From an uncultured Holophagales bacterium (lineage in GTDB: Bacteria; Acidobacteriota; Thermoanaerobaculia; Multivoradales; UBA5704), in contig CAWJGT010000001.1 in the NCBI GenBank assembly GCA_963842525.1, positions 512,001 through 576,000 on the forward strand: a stretch of DNA of 64,000 nucleotides, in the 5' to 3' direction. This document shows positions 49,235 to 58,217 of the stretch, one piece after another. The notes below the pieces were generated by a model that saw only the letters and a list, made by a program, of their open reading frames with translations, did not search any database and was not told where the DNA came from. The translations under genes and the position numbers were made by a program. Numbering within the stretch: the stretch's first letter is position 1; every line of letters starts with the position of its first letter.

Positions 49235-49479
49235 TGGACACCTCCCTTTGGATCGGATTCGTATTTATTGCGAACCCGGAAAAGATATTACGTCAACCGG
49301 AGACCGCGTACAACGCGGTCAAGCTCGGTATGGTACGCCTTAACGAGGTTCAGTGACACTACCTTTCCGCGACTGAGCGAAGCGGCGACTTCACGGGCGA
49401 GCTCGGCGGTGGCTGAGGCCTTGAGACGCCCTGGCGGCGGTGGTTGCCGAAAGGGTGGTGGTCGTGGACTAGGGCGTCT

Positions 49480-49893
49480 CTACCCCGCCCTACCCGCGGG
49501 GGGCGGCTGGTTGTCGGGCTGGCGGTGGTCCAGCTCGGCCCAGATGGCTTGGGCGGTGGCGCGGTGGACCATCTTGGGGCCTCGGATCTGGCAGAGGTCG
49601 CCGAGGTGGTTGCGGGCTACGAGGATCAGTCGGTGGCAGAGGGCGAAGTCGGCTTCGTAGTAGGTGAGCAGGCTTTCGAGGGTGTCCAGGGTTCCCTGTG
49701 TCATGCGGTTCCGCTCGTGGGTGCCGAGGGAGCTCTTCGCGACGTCCGCCTCGCGTGCTACCTCGCCCTGCGTCATCCCGGCACGGTAGCGGAGCAGGAT
49801 TAGCGCGACGTGGAGCTCGGCGAGGCTTGTTCTCGGGGTTCTCTTGACCGGCGATCTTCTGCGCTTCGCCGGCCGGGGATTTGGTATCTTCAT
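49480..49893 (-). CDS. XRE HTH regulator
   Basis: LILLRYRAGMTQGEVAREADVAKSSLGTHERN; the frame stays open to 49288 after the TAG. Confidence 0.75.
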   Translation of the reverse strand: MKIPNPRPAKRRRSPVKRTPRTSLAELHVALILLRYRAGMTQGEVAREADVAKSSLGTHERNRMTQGTLDTLESLLTYYEADFALCHRLILVARNHLGDLCQIRGPKMVHRATAQAIWAELDHRQPDNQPPPAGRAG

Positions 49894-49953
49894 ACCAGAA
49901 TTATTGGTTGATAGTACTAGTTCCGTCAAGACGGAATTTGGTACAATGAGCCG
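49894..49953. promoter_or_regulatory. Divergent promoter/operator region 2
   Basis: Perfect palindrome TTCCGTC-AA-GACGGAA (49921-49936). Plus strand TGgTACAAT, 6 nt before GTG. Minus strand TTGACG-18 bp-AATAAT, 6 nt before ATG. Confidence 0.7.
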
Positions 49954-50349
49954 GTGCCTCCTCTGGAAGGTCTTGGACAAGCTCTTGAGGCTCTACGGCG
50001 GCGGAGAGGTTGGAGCGCTGCGGAGGCGGCTCGCCGGACGGGCATCGATCAGAGCAATCTCAGCAAATACGAGCGCAATGCCAAGGGCATCACGGCGGCG
50101 ACGCTGGATCGCATCCTCGACGCCTATGGGGCCACGCTGTCGGAGCTGGCCGCGACTCTGCGCGAGGTACAGGGCGGCCCGGCGGTGCGCTGGATCGTGC
50201 CCGGAGAGGTCAGCGAGGCGGACCTCCGGCTGGTCGTGAAGTTGGTGCTTGGGAAGAAGTGGGCGCCGGACGAGGAGGACGACGAGGAGGAGGAAGAGGA
50301 GACCGCGGAGGGCGAGGACGAGCTGAACGGCGGGGAGGACGAGGAGTAG
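49954..50349 (+). CDS. XRE HTH regulator with acidic C-terminal tail
   Basis: LEALRRRRGWSAAEAARRTGIDQSNLSKYERN; poly-Glu/Asp tail. Confidence 0.85.
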   Translation: MPPLEGLGQALEALRRRRGWSAAEAARRTGIDQSNLSKYERNAKGITAATLDRILDAYGATLSELAATLREVQGGPAVRWIVPGEVSEADLRLVVKLVLGKKWAPDEEDDEEEEEETAEGEDELNGGEDEE

Positions 50350-50417
50350 GCCGGGCCCTCACCCCCTGGCCCCCTCTCCCATCCGCACTCACACCCGCCC
50401 GGGAGAGGGGGAAGAGG

Positions 50418-51509
50418 TTACTCGCTGGCGGTGCTGCGACGGGCGGGCTGGCGGACTTCCCTTTCCAGGTAGTGCGCGACCGTCTTGAGCAGCTCGGCTT
50501 TGGGATAGGCCATCGCATCGCGGAGGAGGAGGGCGGCTGTGCTCTCGCGGGCGATCCCGAGGGTACCGAAGACCTCGTGCACCTCGGCGCAGAGGTCGCG
50601 GGCCTCGCTGGTGCGTCCTGCGGCGGCCAGGAGCGCCGCCAGATGAAGGGTCGCGATGGCCTGCTCGTACAGCATGCCGACCGCGGCGAAACCCTCGCGG
50701 CAGCGCTCGTAACCCTGCTCCGCAGCGAGCGGGTGGCCGAGCCCGTCGTCGATGCGGGCGTTCAGGAGCACGATCCGGATGGCGATGCCGGGCTCTCTGC
50801 GGGAGAAGAAGAGGCGGCTGCACTGCCGGCTGAGGGCGTGGGCGTGTTCATATTTTCCGGCATCGCAGAGGCCCCAACAAAGGCTCTGAAGGCCGGAAAG
50901 CCGCAGCTTGTCATCGGCCCGATCGTCGATCGCAGAGAGGGCGCGGACGAAGGCCACGATCGCCTTTTGCGGCTCCCCCGCCTCTCGCAGTGCAATACCT
51001 TCGCTGATCAGAGCCGAGGCGTAGTTGGCGGAATCGCCAAGGGACTGGAAGAGAGCTGCGGCAGCGCGGAAGCTCGATGCCGCCGAGTCGAGGTGGCGAA
51101 GATCATGAAGCAGGCCGCCCTCGATCCAGCGCAGCTCCGCCCCAAGGACGGGCTTCTGCGAGCCGGAGGCCCATGCCTCCTTGGCCTGCTCCAGCGCTGT
51201 TGCTGACAAGTTGAACTCGGCCCGGCGGCGGTGCGCATTGGAGAGGTGCAGGTAGGCGCGGCAGAGAGCGTCGGAGGCCGAGGCGCTCGGTGGAAGCTGG
51301 CGTGCCACGGCGACGGCCGCCTCCGCACAGTCGAGCATCCTGTCGGGGTCGCCATACCGATGCTCGAAGCACTGCTCGACGAGGTGCTCGACCAGAGCGG
51401 GCTCGCGATATCGACGGAGCGAGCCGGCCGCCAGGAGGCGGCGAGGACGCGGGAGCTCGAGGAGCTCTCGGGCGAGCTCGTGGGGTGGGCGGAATCGGCT
51501 TGGCAGCAC
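50418..51509 (-). CDS. TPR-repeat protein 2 (putative peptide receptor), paralogue of TPR protein 1
   Basis: AYLHLSNAHRRR..SATAL, GGLLHDLRHL, ARIDDGLG...AE, AIATLHLA, FGTLGIARE; TTGACA at 51565-51560 upstream. Confidence 0.8.
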   Translation of the reverse strand: MLPSRFRPPHELARELLELPRPRRLLAAGSLRRYREPALVEHLVEQCFEHRYGDPDRMLDCAEAAVAVARQLPPSASASDALCRAYLHLSNAHRRRAEFNLSATALEQAKEAWASGSQKPVLGAELRWIEGGLLHDLRHLDSAASSFRAAAALFQSLGDSANYASALISEGIALREAGEPQKAIVAFVRALSAIDDRADDKLRLSGLQSLCWGLCDAGKYEHAHALSRQCSRLFFSRREPGIAIRIVLLNARIDDGLGHPLAAEQGYERCREGFAAVGMLYEQAIATLHLAALLAAAGRTSEARDLCAEVHEVFGTLGIARESTAALLLRDAMAYPKAELLKTVAHYLEREVRQPARRSTASE

Positions 51510-51612
51510 CTTGGCATTCCTCTACGGACTGGAATAACGTAGATGCAGATTATAGAGGGTGTCAAGGGGCGGAGGACCACGGGCACGCGGGACCTGCGTG
51601 CCCGTGATCACA

Positions 51613-51903
51613 CTACGAACGGGGTTGGCAGGTCGGGCTGCCCAAGGGGTCGATGCAAGGCGAGCCGTCGCTCTGGAGCGTGGATGGAGGGGCCGGATAG
51701 GCCGGGTCGCCGTTGGAGTCGAGCGAGTACGAGGTGTCGGGCGCGTCCAGGCCGAAGAGCGGCGCCAGGAGATCGACCACGGCAGCCCACCAGCTTGCGG
51801 CCTGGCTGTCGAGGCGGCCGCCGGGCCAGGCGTGCGCCGGCGTGACGGCGAGGCTGAGGGCCAGGGCGATTCCGAGCACGAGGATCCTCATCCGATTGGT
51901 CAT
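51613..51903 (-). CDS. Small secreted peptide precursor 2 (SYSLDSNG and SPCIDPLGSPTC motifs)
   Basis: GGAG RBS, signal peptide ending AHA, Trp-rich amphipathic segment, Pro-rich linker. Confidence 0.75.
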   Translation of the reverse strand: MTNRMRILVLGIALALSLAVTPAHAWPGGRLDSQAASWWAAVVDLLAPLFGLDAPDTSYSLDSNGDPAYPAPPSTLQSDGSPCIDPLGSPTCQPRS

Positions 51904-52195
51904 CGTCTTTGTCTCCCCTGCGGCGGCGGCGCCCTCCATGGGCGGAGGCCCCGCATTGGGGCAAGTGTGGCAATGGGAGGAAGGGACGTAAAGGACGGCA
52001 AGGACAGCAGAAACGGATGCGGGCGGGGCCCGGGCAGGTTTTGCCCTACCTGGAAGAGAGCTGAGAAGTGGGGACGGACACGGAGGATGCTCGGGCGGAG
52101 CTGAGAAGGGGCCGGCGTGGCGGTATGGCCTCAACTGCCCGCCTGCAGCACCGCGGGAGACCAGAGGATACAGGAGCCTAGCCAGGCACTCACGG

Positions 52196-52330
52196 CGGAG
52201 GAAACGGCTGGCACCTATCCGGCACCTATCCGGGCTGACCGGAGGACACGTGAGCCAGACTCGGAGGAAACGGCTGGCACCTATCTGGAGCACCTATCCC
52301 GCCCCTATTTCCAGCAGCACCTATCCGGCA
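52196..52330. repeat. Cluster of GCACCTATC motifs including a 24-bp direct repeat
   Basis: cggaggaaacggctggcacctatc at 52196 and 52262; GCACCTATC at 52211, 52222, 52277, 52290 and 52317; TATAAT at 52334. Confidence 0.85.
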
Positions 52331-52374
52331 GGTTATAATACTGCGAACTTACCACTTGGGTGAGGGTCATAAGG

Positions 52375-54297
52375 ATGAAATGGAACGAGGGCCTAAAAGG
52401 CGCCTATCTGCGGATCGCAGCGACGAATAGATCCCCACTTCGCATTGTCGCTGGGCCGGGCACCGGTAAGACCTTTTCGCTGATGCGGAGAGTTGCTCGC
52501 CTCCTTCAAGAAGACGGGGTGAAGCCGAAGCGCATCTTCGTCTCGACATTTACTCGGACCGCAGCGCGAGATCTTGAGAAGACCCTTCGGGAGATGGACG
52601 CCGAAGGCGCCACCGACGTGCGCGCCGGTACTATCCACTCCTTCTGTTTCTCGGTGCTTGCCCGAGAGGAGGTTTTCCTTGCTACAGGGCGATCCCCCCG
52701 ACCCCTACTTACAGCGGAAGAGCGGTTCCTGTTGGAAGACCTTAGGGGGGAGCCTTTTGGGAAGTTGTCGGATTGCAAGAATTTGCTTCAAGCTTTCAAC
52801 GCCGCATGGGCAAGGCTACAGAGCGAAGAGCCTGGCTGGCCCGCCAATGCCATCGATCGGCAGTTTGAGGCAACCCTTGATGGTTGGTTGCGCTTTCATC
52901 AAGGGATGTTGATCGGAGAAATCGTTCCGGTCACACTCAGTTTCCTGCGAGACAATCCGTCGACGCCCATACTGACAGCGTTCGACCATGTTATCGTAGA
53001 CGAGTACCAGGACTTAAATCGTTCCGAGCAGGTCTTGCTTGATGTTCTTGCTGCGAATGGAAGATTTACCTTGGTTGGCGACGAGGACCAGTCAATCTAC
53101 TCGTTCAAGCATGCGCACCCGCAAGGAATTTCGCAGTTCAAGGTTAATCATCCTGAGACTCACGACGAGAGTCTCGAAGAGTGCCGCCGATGTCCGCAGA
53201 CTATAGTGAAAATGGCAAACGCACTAATTACATACAATCATAACCGTCAACCCAGGGAATTGGAAATAAGGAGTGAAAACTGCCAGGGTGAAGTGCATAT
53301 AATTCAATGGTGGGATATAGCTGAAGAGGCACAGGGGATAGCTCGGTTTATCCATGCTCGTGTCCAAGGAGATGTGGTCGGTGCTGGAGAGGTCCTCGTA
53401 CTTGCACCGCGACGACAGTTCGGCTATGCGATCCGGGACGCGCTGAAGAGGCTGGGAACGCCAGCTGTCAGTTTCTTCCAGGAGGAAGCTCTGGATGGCG
53501 ATCCAAAGAAGTTAGGAACGAGCCAAGCTCAACAAGCTTTCACACTGCTGAACCTACTGGCCGACCTGGAAGACCGCGTTGCGCTCCGCTGCTGGTGTGG
53601 TTTTGGTAGCCCGTCGCTTCGTAGCGGCGCCTGGAAGCGTCTTCGCCGCCACTGTGAGCAGACTGGACAGTCACCGAGGGAGGCTCTCGAGCAGATGATC
53701 CGGGGGGAGTTGACGCTCCCCAACTGCCAGGAGCTCGTTAACCGGTTCGCACTGCTTAAGGAGAGTCTTTCTGGCTTGACTGACCTATCGGGCAAGGGCC
53801 TGATTGACAGGCTATTTCCGGCAGATCAGCGATGGGCCCAGGCGCTTCGAGCGGCGGCTGAGACCATCGACAGAGAGGATGTCGATGCTCTAAAGCTAAG
53901 AGAGGGGGTGCGGACTGCGATTAGTCAGCCAGAGTTGCCGGTCGATGTCGATTATGTCCGCGTGATGAGCCTTCATAAGTCGAAAGGTTTGACGGCCGAT
54001 CTGGTTGTTGTCACTGGCTGCATCCAGGGTCTCATCCCGAAGGTTGATCTCGACCTAACGCCCGACCAGCAGGCAGTGATGCTTGAAGAGCATAGAAGAC
54101 TGTTTTACGTGGCATTGACTCGCGCTCGACAAACCTTGGTTTTGTCCAGCGTGATGCGCTTACCTCAAGAGTTGGCCTACATCTACCAGTTGGGCGCGGG
54201 GGCTGGCACCATGGCGACTACGTTTCTGAGCCAGCTAGGCCCTACACGGCCAGTGCCGGTCCAAGGTAAAACCTTTCTACGCAATCAGGGGTTGTAG
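52375..54297 (+). CDS. UvrD/Rep-like SF1 DNA helicase
   Basis: AGPGTGKT, TFTRTAA, TIHSF, VDEYQD, VGDEDQSIYSF, MSLHKSKGL, RRLFYVALTRA; AT-richer than the host genes. Confidence 0.93.
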   Translation: MKWNEGLKGAYLRIAATNRSPLRIVAGPGTGKTFSLMRRVARLLQEDGVKPKRIFVSTFTRTAARDLEKTLREMDAEGATDVRAGTIHSFCFSVLAREEVFLATGRSPRPLLTAEERFLLEDLRGEPFGKLSDCKNLLQAFNAAWARLQSEEPGWPANAIDRQFEATLDGWLRFHQGMLIGEIVPVTLSFLRDNPSTPILTAFDHVIVDEYQDLNRSEQVLLDVLAANGRFTLVGDEDQSIYSFKHAHPQGISQFKVNHPETHDESLEECRRCPQTIVKMANALITYNHNRQPRELEIRSENCQGEVHIIQWWDIAEEAQGIARFIHARVQGDVVGAGEVLVLAPRRQFGYAIRDALKRLGTPAVSFFQEEALDGDPKKLGTSQAQQAFTLLNLLADLEDRVALRCWCGFGSPSLRSGAWKRLRRHCEQTGQSPREALEQMIRGELTLPNCQELVNRFALLKESLSGLTDLSGKGLIDRLFPADQRWAQALRAAAETIDREDVDALKLREGVRTAISQPELPVDVDYVRVMSLHKSKGLTADLVVVTGCIQGLIPKVDLDLTPDQQAVMLEEHRRLFYVALTRARQTLVLSSVMRLPQELAYIYQLGAGAGTMATTFLSQLGPTRPVPVQGKTFLRNQGL

Positions 54298-54374
54298 AGT
54301 GAAATGAGGGGCCAAATTACAGGATATCAAGGAGCGTGGCGAAAGGCGAAGCGGCGGATCAGGAGTGCAAGTTC

Positions 54375-57300
54375 ATGAAAAAATTACCAGCGAAGACCAT
54401 TTCTCCACGGTGCCGCATTGGGCTCGTACAATTAGCGACGATTCCAGCCTACGTTACACCCAAAGTTGAGTGGCTTCGCGAACCTGCTCCTCCTCTTGAC
54501 GAAAAGACGCAACCATATCTAGCTGGCATAAAGAATAAGCCGGGGATTCAGGGATTGAGGGATGCAATATATGAAACCTACGGTCAGGACCTATTTTCAA
54601 AACTTCGCCTAATCCTTCAGGCGGTTGCGAGCCACCACGTGGATCTTCTTGTCTTTCCTGAGTACTCAATTCCTTTGTCAGCACTAAAGCAGCTGTCCCG
54701 CTGGGCGAGAGAAAACTCTTCGACGATTATCGCTGGAAGTCACACTGTAGTAATAACTCCTACTGCTCTCAAAGAATACGCAGATTGTGGTTTAAGAGCA
54801 GTTCAGGAATCGCCCAACGACTTTGCTAGAAAAGCGTTATCGCCAATATTCTTTGCAGATGGCCGTACAGATTTCCGCCTCAAGGTTACAAGATCCAAAT
54901 GGGAGCCAGATCTTCTGCTCGGTGAGGCTGACCAAGAACCTTTTACGATTACCCTTCAGGGGCAGGAAATCAGCGTTCAACTACTAATCTGTATTGATGC
55001 ATTAAGGCTTGGCATGGTCGGACGTGGCGCCAAACTGCTGGCCGTCTGTGCGTTGAGTCCACAGATCGAGCCTTTCCAGACTCTCTTTACACAAGCCCTC
55101 ATCAATGAAGTTCCCGGCGTAATAGCCAATAGTGCAGTATACGGAGGTAGCCAATTTTCATTGACGGGCCCATCCACAGCTAGTGACTTTGCTGAGCTTC
55201 TCAAGGTTGGCACTTCCGATGAGGTGCTCCTGATAGCCGATGTCGAACTCGGGAGGCAGTTCCAGAAACGGCGGTCTGTGGACTCCGAGCCCTCGTGGAA
55301 GCTCGTCGCGCGAAAGCCACTGCTGTATAGGGCGGTCTCATCACACGCCCGCTTAAGTGATTTGTTGGAATCGGCGAGGGCCAATACTACACTGCAAGTC
55401 CCCTTATCGGTACTCAATGAATTTGCGTTAGACCCTCATTTGCCAAAAGCTATGAGGCAACAACTTGAGATGTTTATTGGTGCATCTCAGGAAGGAGCGA
55501 TTACACCTGCGGAAGGGCAACTTCTACTAGATGCAATCTCAATTCCTGAGGTAATCCTTCCCTTCTGGAATCGGTGCCGACAAGGTTTAGAGGAATCCAA
55601 TCGCCAGATTGCCACACTTCTTCCTGATTACCCAGATGATGGCAGTCTAACAGACGCACTTCAGACCGTGAGCTATGGCATGAGGCACGCGAAAGGTAGG
55701 CTTCTGCCGCTGACTGTCCAACCATCACCACTTCGCGAAGGATCGGCGCAGGCTCCCCATCTATTCGTCAACCGCGAAGACGAGGTAGGTCGGCTTAGTA
55801 GACGACTTCTGAAAGATCCGGTCACCCTGGTAACAGGCCTGGCAGGAATCGGAAAGAAAACTCTTGTACAGAAGGTGATCGATGAGCTTTTTCCTCGGTA
55901 TCACAAGAAAGCCATTCACTGCGTCGATGGGATGACACCTTCTGAACTCCTGGAAGCACTTGCTGCAGCTCTTCTGGCGCCAGAACGGCTGAAGAAATTG
56001 GACGCTGCAAGCAAAGTACGTGAATGCCACATCTTGGTCGTTCACGATCTGGATCTGGTAGATTTTAGAGGCTCCGGCTTAGTGGATCTAGTGCAGTATT
56101 GGGAATTGCTCCACGGTACGGCGATCAGGATAGTTTTTCTTGCCTCAAGAAACATAAGCGAGCTTGATATTGCTAGCTTATCGCTAGGACCGCTCAATGA
56201 TGATGATACCAGGAGAATATTTGATTATTACTGCCGCCTATTTGGGGTATCGGCAATTGGGCAGTCAGATATTGTAGCTCATTTGTGGGGTTATCCGCTT
56301 GCAGCGCGAACAGCAGCCACGCTTCTGAGGGAAGGCGGTGGAGAAACGTTTGCGAAGCTTCGCTTCTTGAAGAAATTGCGGAGCGAGGTTGCAAAGATCC
56401 TCTTTAGAGGTTTGTCGCTCAGCGGCGAGGAGCGAAAGGCTTTGGAGGCGTTATCTATCTTTAGGAGGCCTGTAGAAGCTGAACTCGTGGAGAGGCTTGG
56501 AATTCAGGATAGTATTGATGGTCTCGAAAGCCGCTTCATACTATCACGCGAAGACGGGAGAATTTTTGTTATCCCACTTGTCCGGGAAGTGGCAATCGAA
56601 GATTGGATTAAACAGGGCGCTGCAACTGCTTATCATCGTATCGCGGCGAACCACTTCAAGGACCAAATTGCGTCCTCCGACAGCATACGCAGATTTGAAG
56701 CCACAGATGAAGCCGTCTATCATTTCTCCAGCATAGGCGACTTCGTTACAGCTCGCTCGCTCGGTGGTGATTGGTTTCAGCGGGCTCGCTCGGCATCACG
56801 AGATCTATATAGGCGCCGTGGCTATAAGGAAAGTGCGGCCATATGTGAAAAGGCACTTGAAACAACGCCGACAGATCGCGATTTTCTCGTAAGGCTTGTT
56901 ATGTGTTCCTCTAAATTGCGGAGGTGGCCTCGCGGGAAGGCGTGCATTGAACGACTGCGTTCTCTTGGTTCAGTGCCAGCCAAGGCTCTTACTTCCTATG
57001 GAGAGGCACTTGCGCGCGCGGGAATTCGACAGGAAGGGAAAGCCTATCTAGAGGAATGCCTAGAACAGCACCCGGGAGACCCCTATGCACTGGCTGTTCT
57101 TGCTAACGTGCACTTAGATGAGGGTAATCTGGCTCTTGCGAGAAACCTTGCTGACGAGGCACTAGAAGGAGATGCTCTGTGTGTGCGAGCGCTTGAAGTG
57201 GCGAGTATCATATCGCGCAGCGAGGGAAACAACGAGCGCGCGTATGAACTGGCTTATCGTCTCATGGGCATAGACCCCCAAAGAGGGGAAAGGATCTTTC

Positions 57301-57377
57301 AAAAGGCGCGAAGCGCTCTTGTTAAGAAATACGGCGGGGGTGTGCCCGGTGACCTGCTGAAGAGGCTTGAGTCTTGA
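54375..57377 (+). CDS. Nitrilase (CN-hydrolase) - STAND/NB-ARC-like NTPase - TPR fusion protein
   Basis: IGLVQL, DLLVFPEYSIP, IIAGSH, RLK, LICIDAL; FVNREDE, GLAGIGKKT, LVVHDLD, LGPL, GYPLA; C-terminal TPRs. Confidence 0.8.
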   Translation: MKKLPAKTISPRCRIGLVQLATIPAYVTPKVEWLREPAPPLDEKTQPYLAGIKNKPGIQGLRDAIYETYGQDLFSKLRLILQAVASHHVDLLVFPEYSIPLSALKQLSRWARENSSTIIAGSHTVVITPTALKEYADCGLRAVQESPNDFARKALSPIFFADGRTDFRLKVTRSKWEPDLLLGEADQEPFTITLQGQEISVQLLICIDALRLGMVGRGAKLLAVCALSPQIEPFQTLFTQALINEVPGVIANSAVYGGSQFSLTGPSTASDFAELLKVGTSDEVLLIADVELGRQFQKRRSVDSEPSWKLVARKPLLYRAVSSHARLSDLLESARANTTLQVPLSVLNEFALDPHLPKAMRQQLEMFIGASQEGAITPAEGQLLLDAISIPEVILPFWNRCRQGLEESNRQIATLLPDYPDDGSLTDALQTVSYGMRHAKGRLLPLTVQPSPLREGSAQAPHLFVNREDEVGRLSRRLLKDPVTLVTGLAGIGKKTLVQKVIDELFPRYHKKAIHCVDGMTPSELLEALAAALLAPERLKKLDAASKVRECHILVVHDLDLVDFRGSGLVDLVQYWELLHGTAIRIVFLASRNISELDIASLSLGPLNDDDTRRIFDYYCRLFGVSAIGQSDIVAHLWGYPLAARTAATLLREGGGETFAKLRFLKKLRSEVAKILFRGLSLSGEERKALEALSIFRRPVEAELVERLGIQDSIDGLESRFILSREDGRIFVIPLVREVAIEDWIKQGAATAYHRIAANHFKDQIASSDSIRRFEATDEAVYHFSSIGDFVTARSLGGDWFQRARSASRDLYRRRGYKESAAICEKALETTPTDRDFLVRLVMCSSKLRRWPRGKACIERLRSLGSVPAKALTSYGEALARAGIRQEGKAYLEECLEQHPGDPYALAVLANVHLDEGNLALARNLADEALEGDALCVRALEVASIISRSEGNNERAYELAYRLMGIDPQRGERIFQKARSALVKKYGGGVPGDLLKRLES

Positions 57378-57726
57378 ACCTAGCCGGCCGAGGGCTGCTG
57401 GTCGAGCGAAAACTCCTCATTGAGGTTCTACGAGAAGGTGCGCGACTGTTACTTGGCCGCTGTGATCGAGTAAGTTTCAGCTAAGGTGAGCTTGAAGCCG
57501 TTGACCTTTGGCCAGACGAGCCGGGACGAGACGGCTGGCACCTAGCGCCGGCTCGACCGTGCTTCCCCGGAACCTACCGACCTTGGCCGAGGGCTTTTCG
57601 GCCCGGCGCTTCGGGCTCGCCTGAGGTTTCGGAATCCGGTGGCACCTATCCGGGCAGGCTACCACGCCGCGGCACCTCTGCCGGGATGTCGCAGCCTAGG
57701 AAAGTCATCGGCGCGTGGTTCTGCGC

Positions 57727-57981
57727 TCAGTGCACTACGGGCTGCAAACGACTTTCCCAATCGATCGGGAAGAAGCGAGCCTTCTCCCTCTCTCCTCTGA
57801 GCGAGTAGCCAGGCATCCCTTCTCTCTGATAGGCGGTCACTTCGAAGACTTCGCCATCGACTTCGACCCGATCGCCTGGCTGGTAGGCGGGGGGCACCTC
57901 CCTCCAGCGGGCCTGGAAGTCGGCGATTCGGGCCTCGGCCTCGCGGAGCAGCTCGGCGAGTTGGTCGGGGGTCAGTGCCAT
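57727..57981 (-). CDS. Small hypothetical protein
   Basis: 84 aa, YQPGDRVEVDG (SH3/KOW-like); TATAAT 6 nt upstream of the ATG. Confidence 0.6.
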   Translation of the reverse strand: MALTPDQLAELLREAEARIADFQARWREVPPAYQPGDRVEVDGEVFEVTAYQREGMPGYSLRGEREKARFFPIDWESRLQPVVH

Positions 57982-58217
57982 TGGGGGATTATAGGGCAAG
58001 GCGGGTGGCGCGGGGGGCGAAGGCCTCACTATCTCGGTGAAGAGGCTTGGCACCTATCGCCGGGGGTGATACCTAATCCGGGCACTTAGAAGCTGGCGAG
58101 TTTCAACTTGAAAGCAAACGGTTCCTTTGACAGACGACATCGACGACAAGCAATAGTTATCTTCCTCCTAAATGTTGAGCGTCGTCACGTATAGGGTGAT
58201 ACTATTAGGCATCAAGC

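Noticed and set aside
52196-52330. 24-bp direct repeat pair as a mini-CRISPR
   Set aside because: Only two copies, not palindromic, the core motif recurs between and after them, and there are no cas genes.
52375-54297. UvrD gene as Gabija GajB
   Set aside because: No OLD-family ATPase/TOPRIM (GajA) gene is adjacent.
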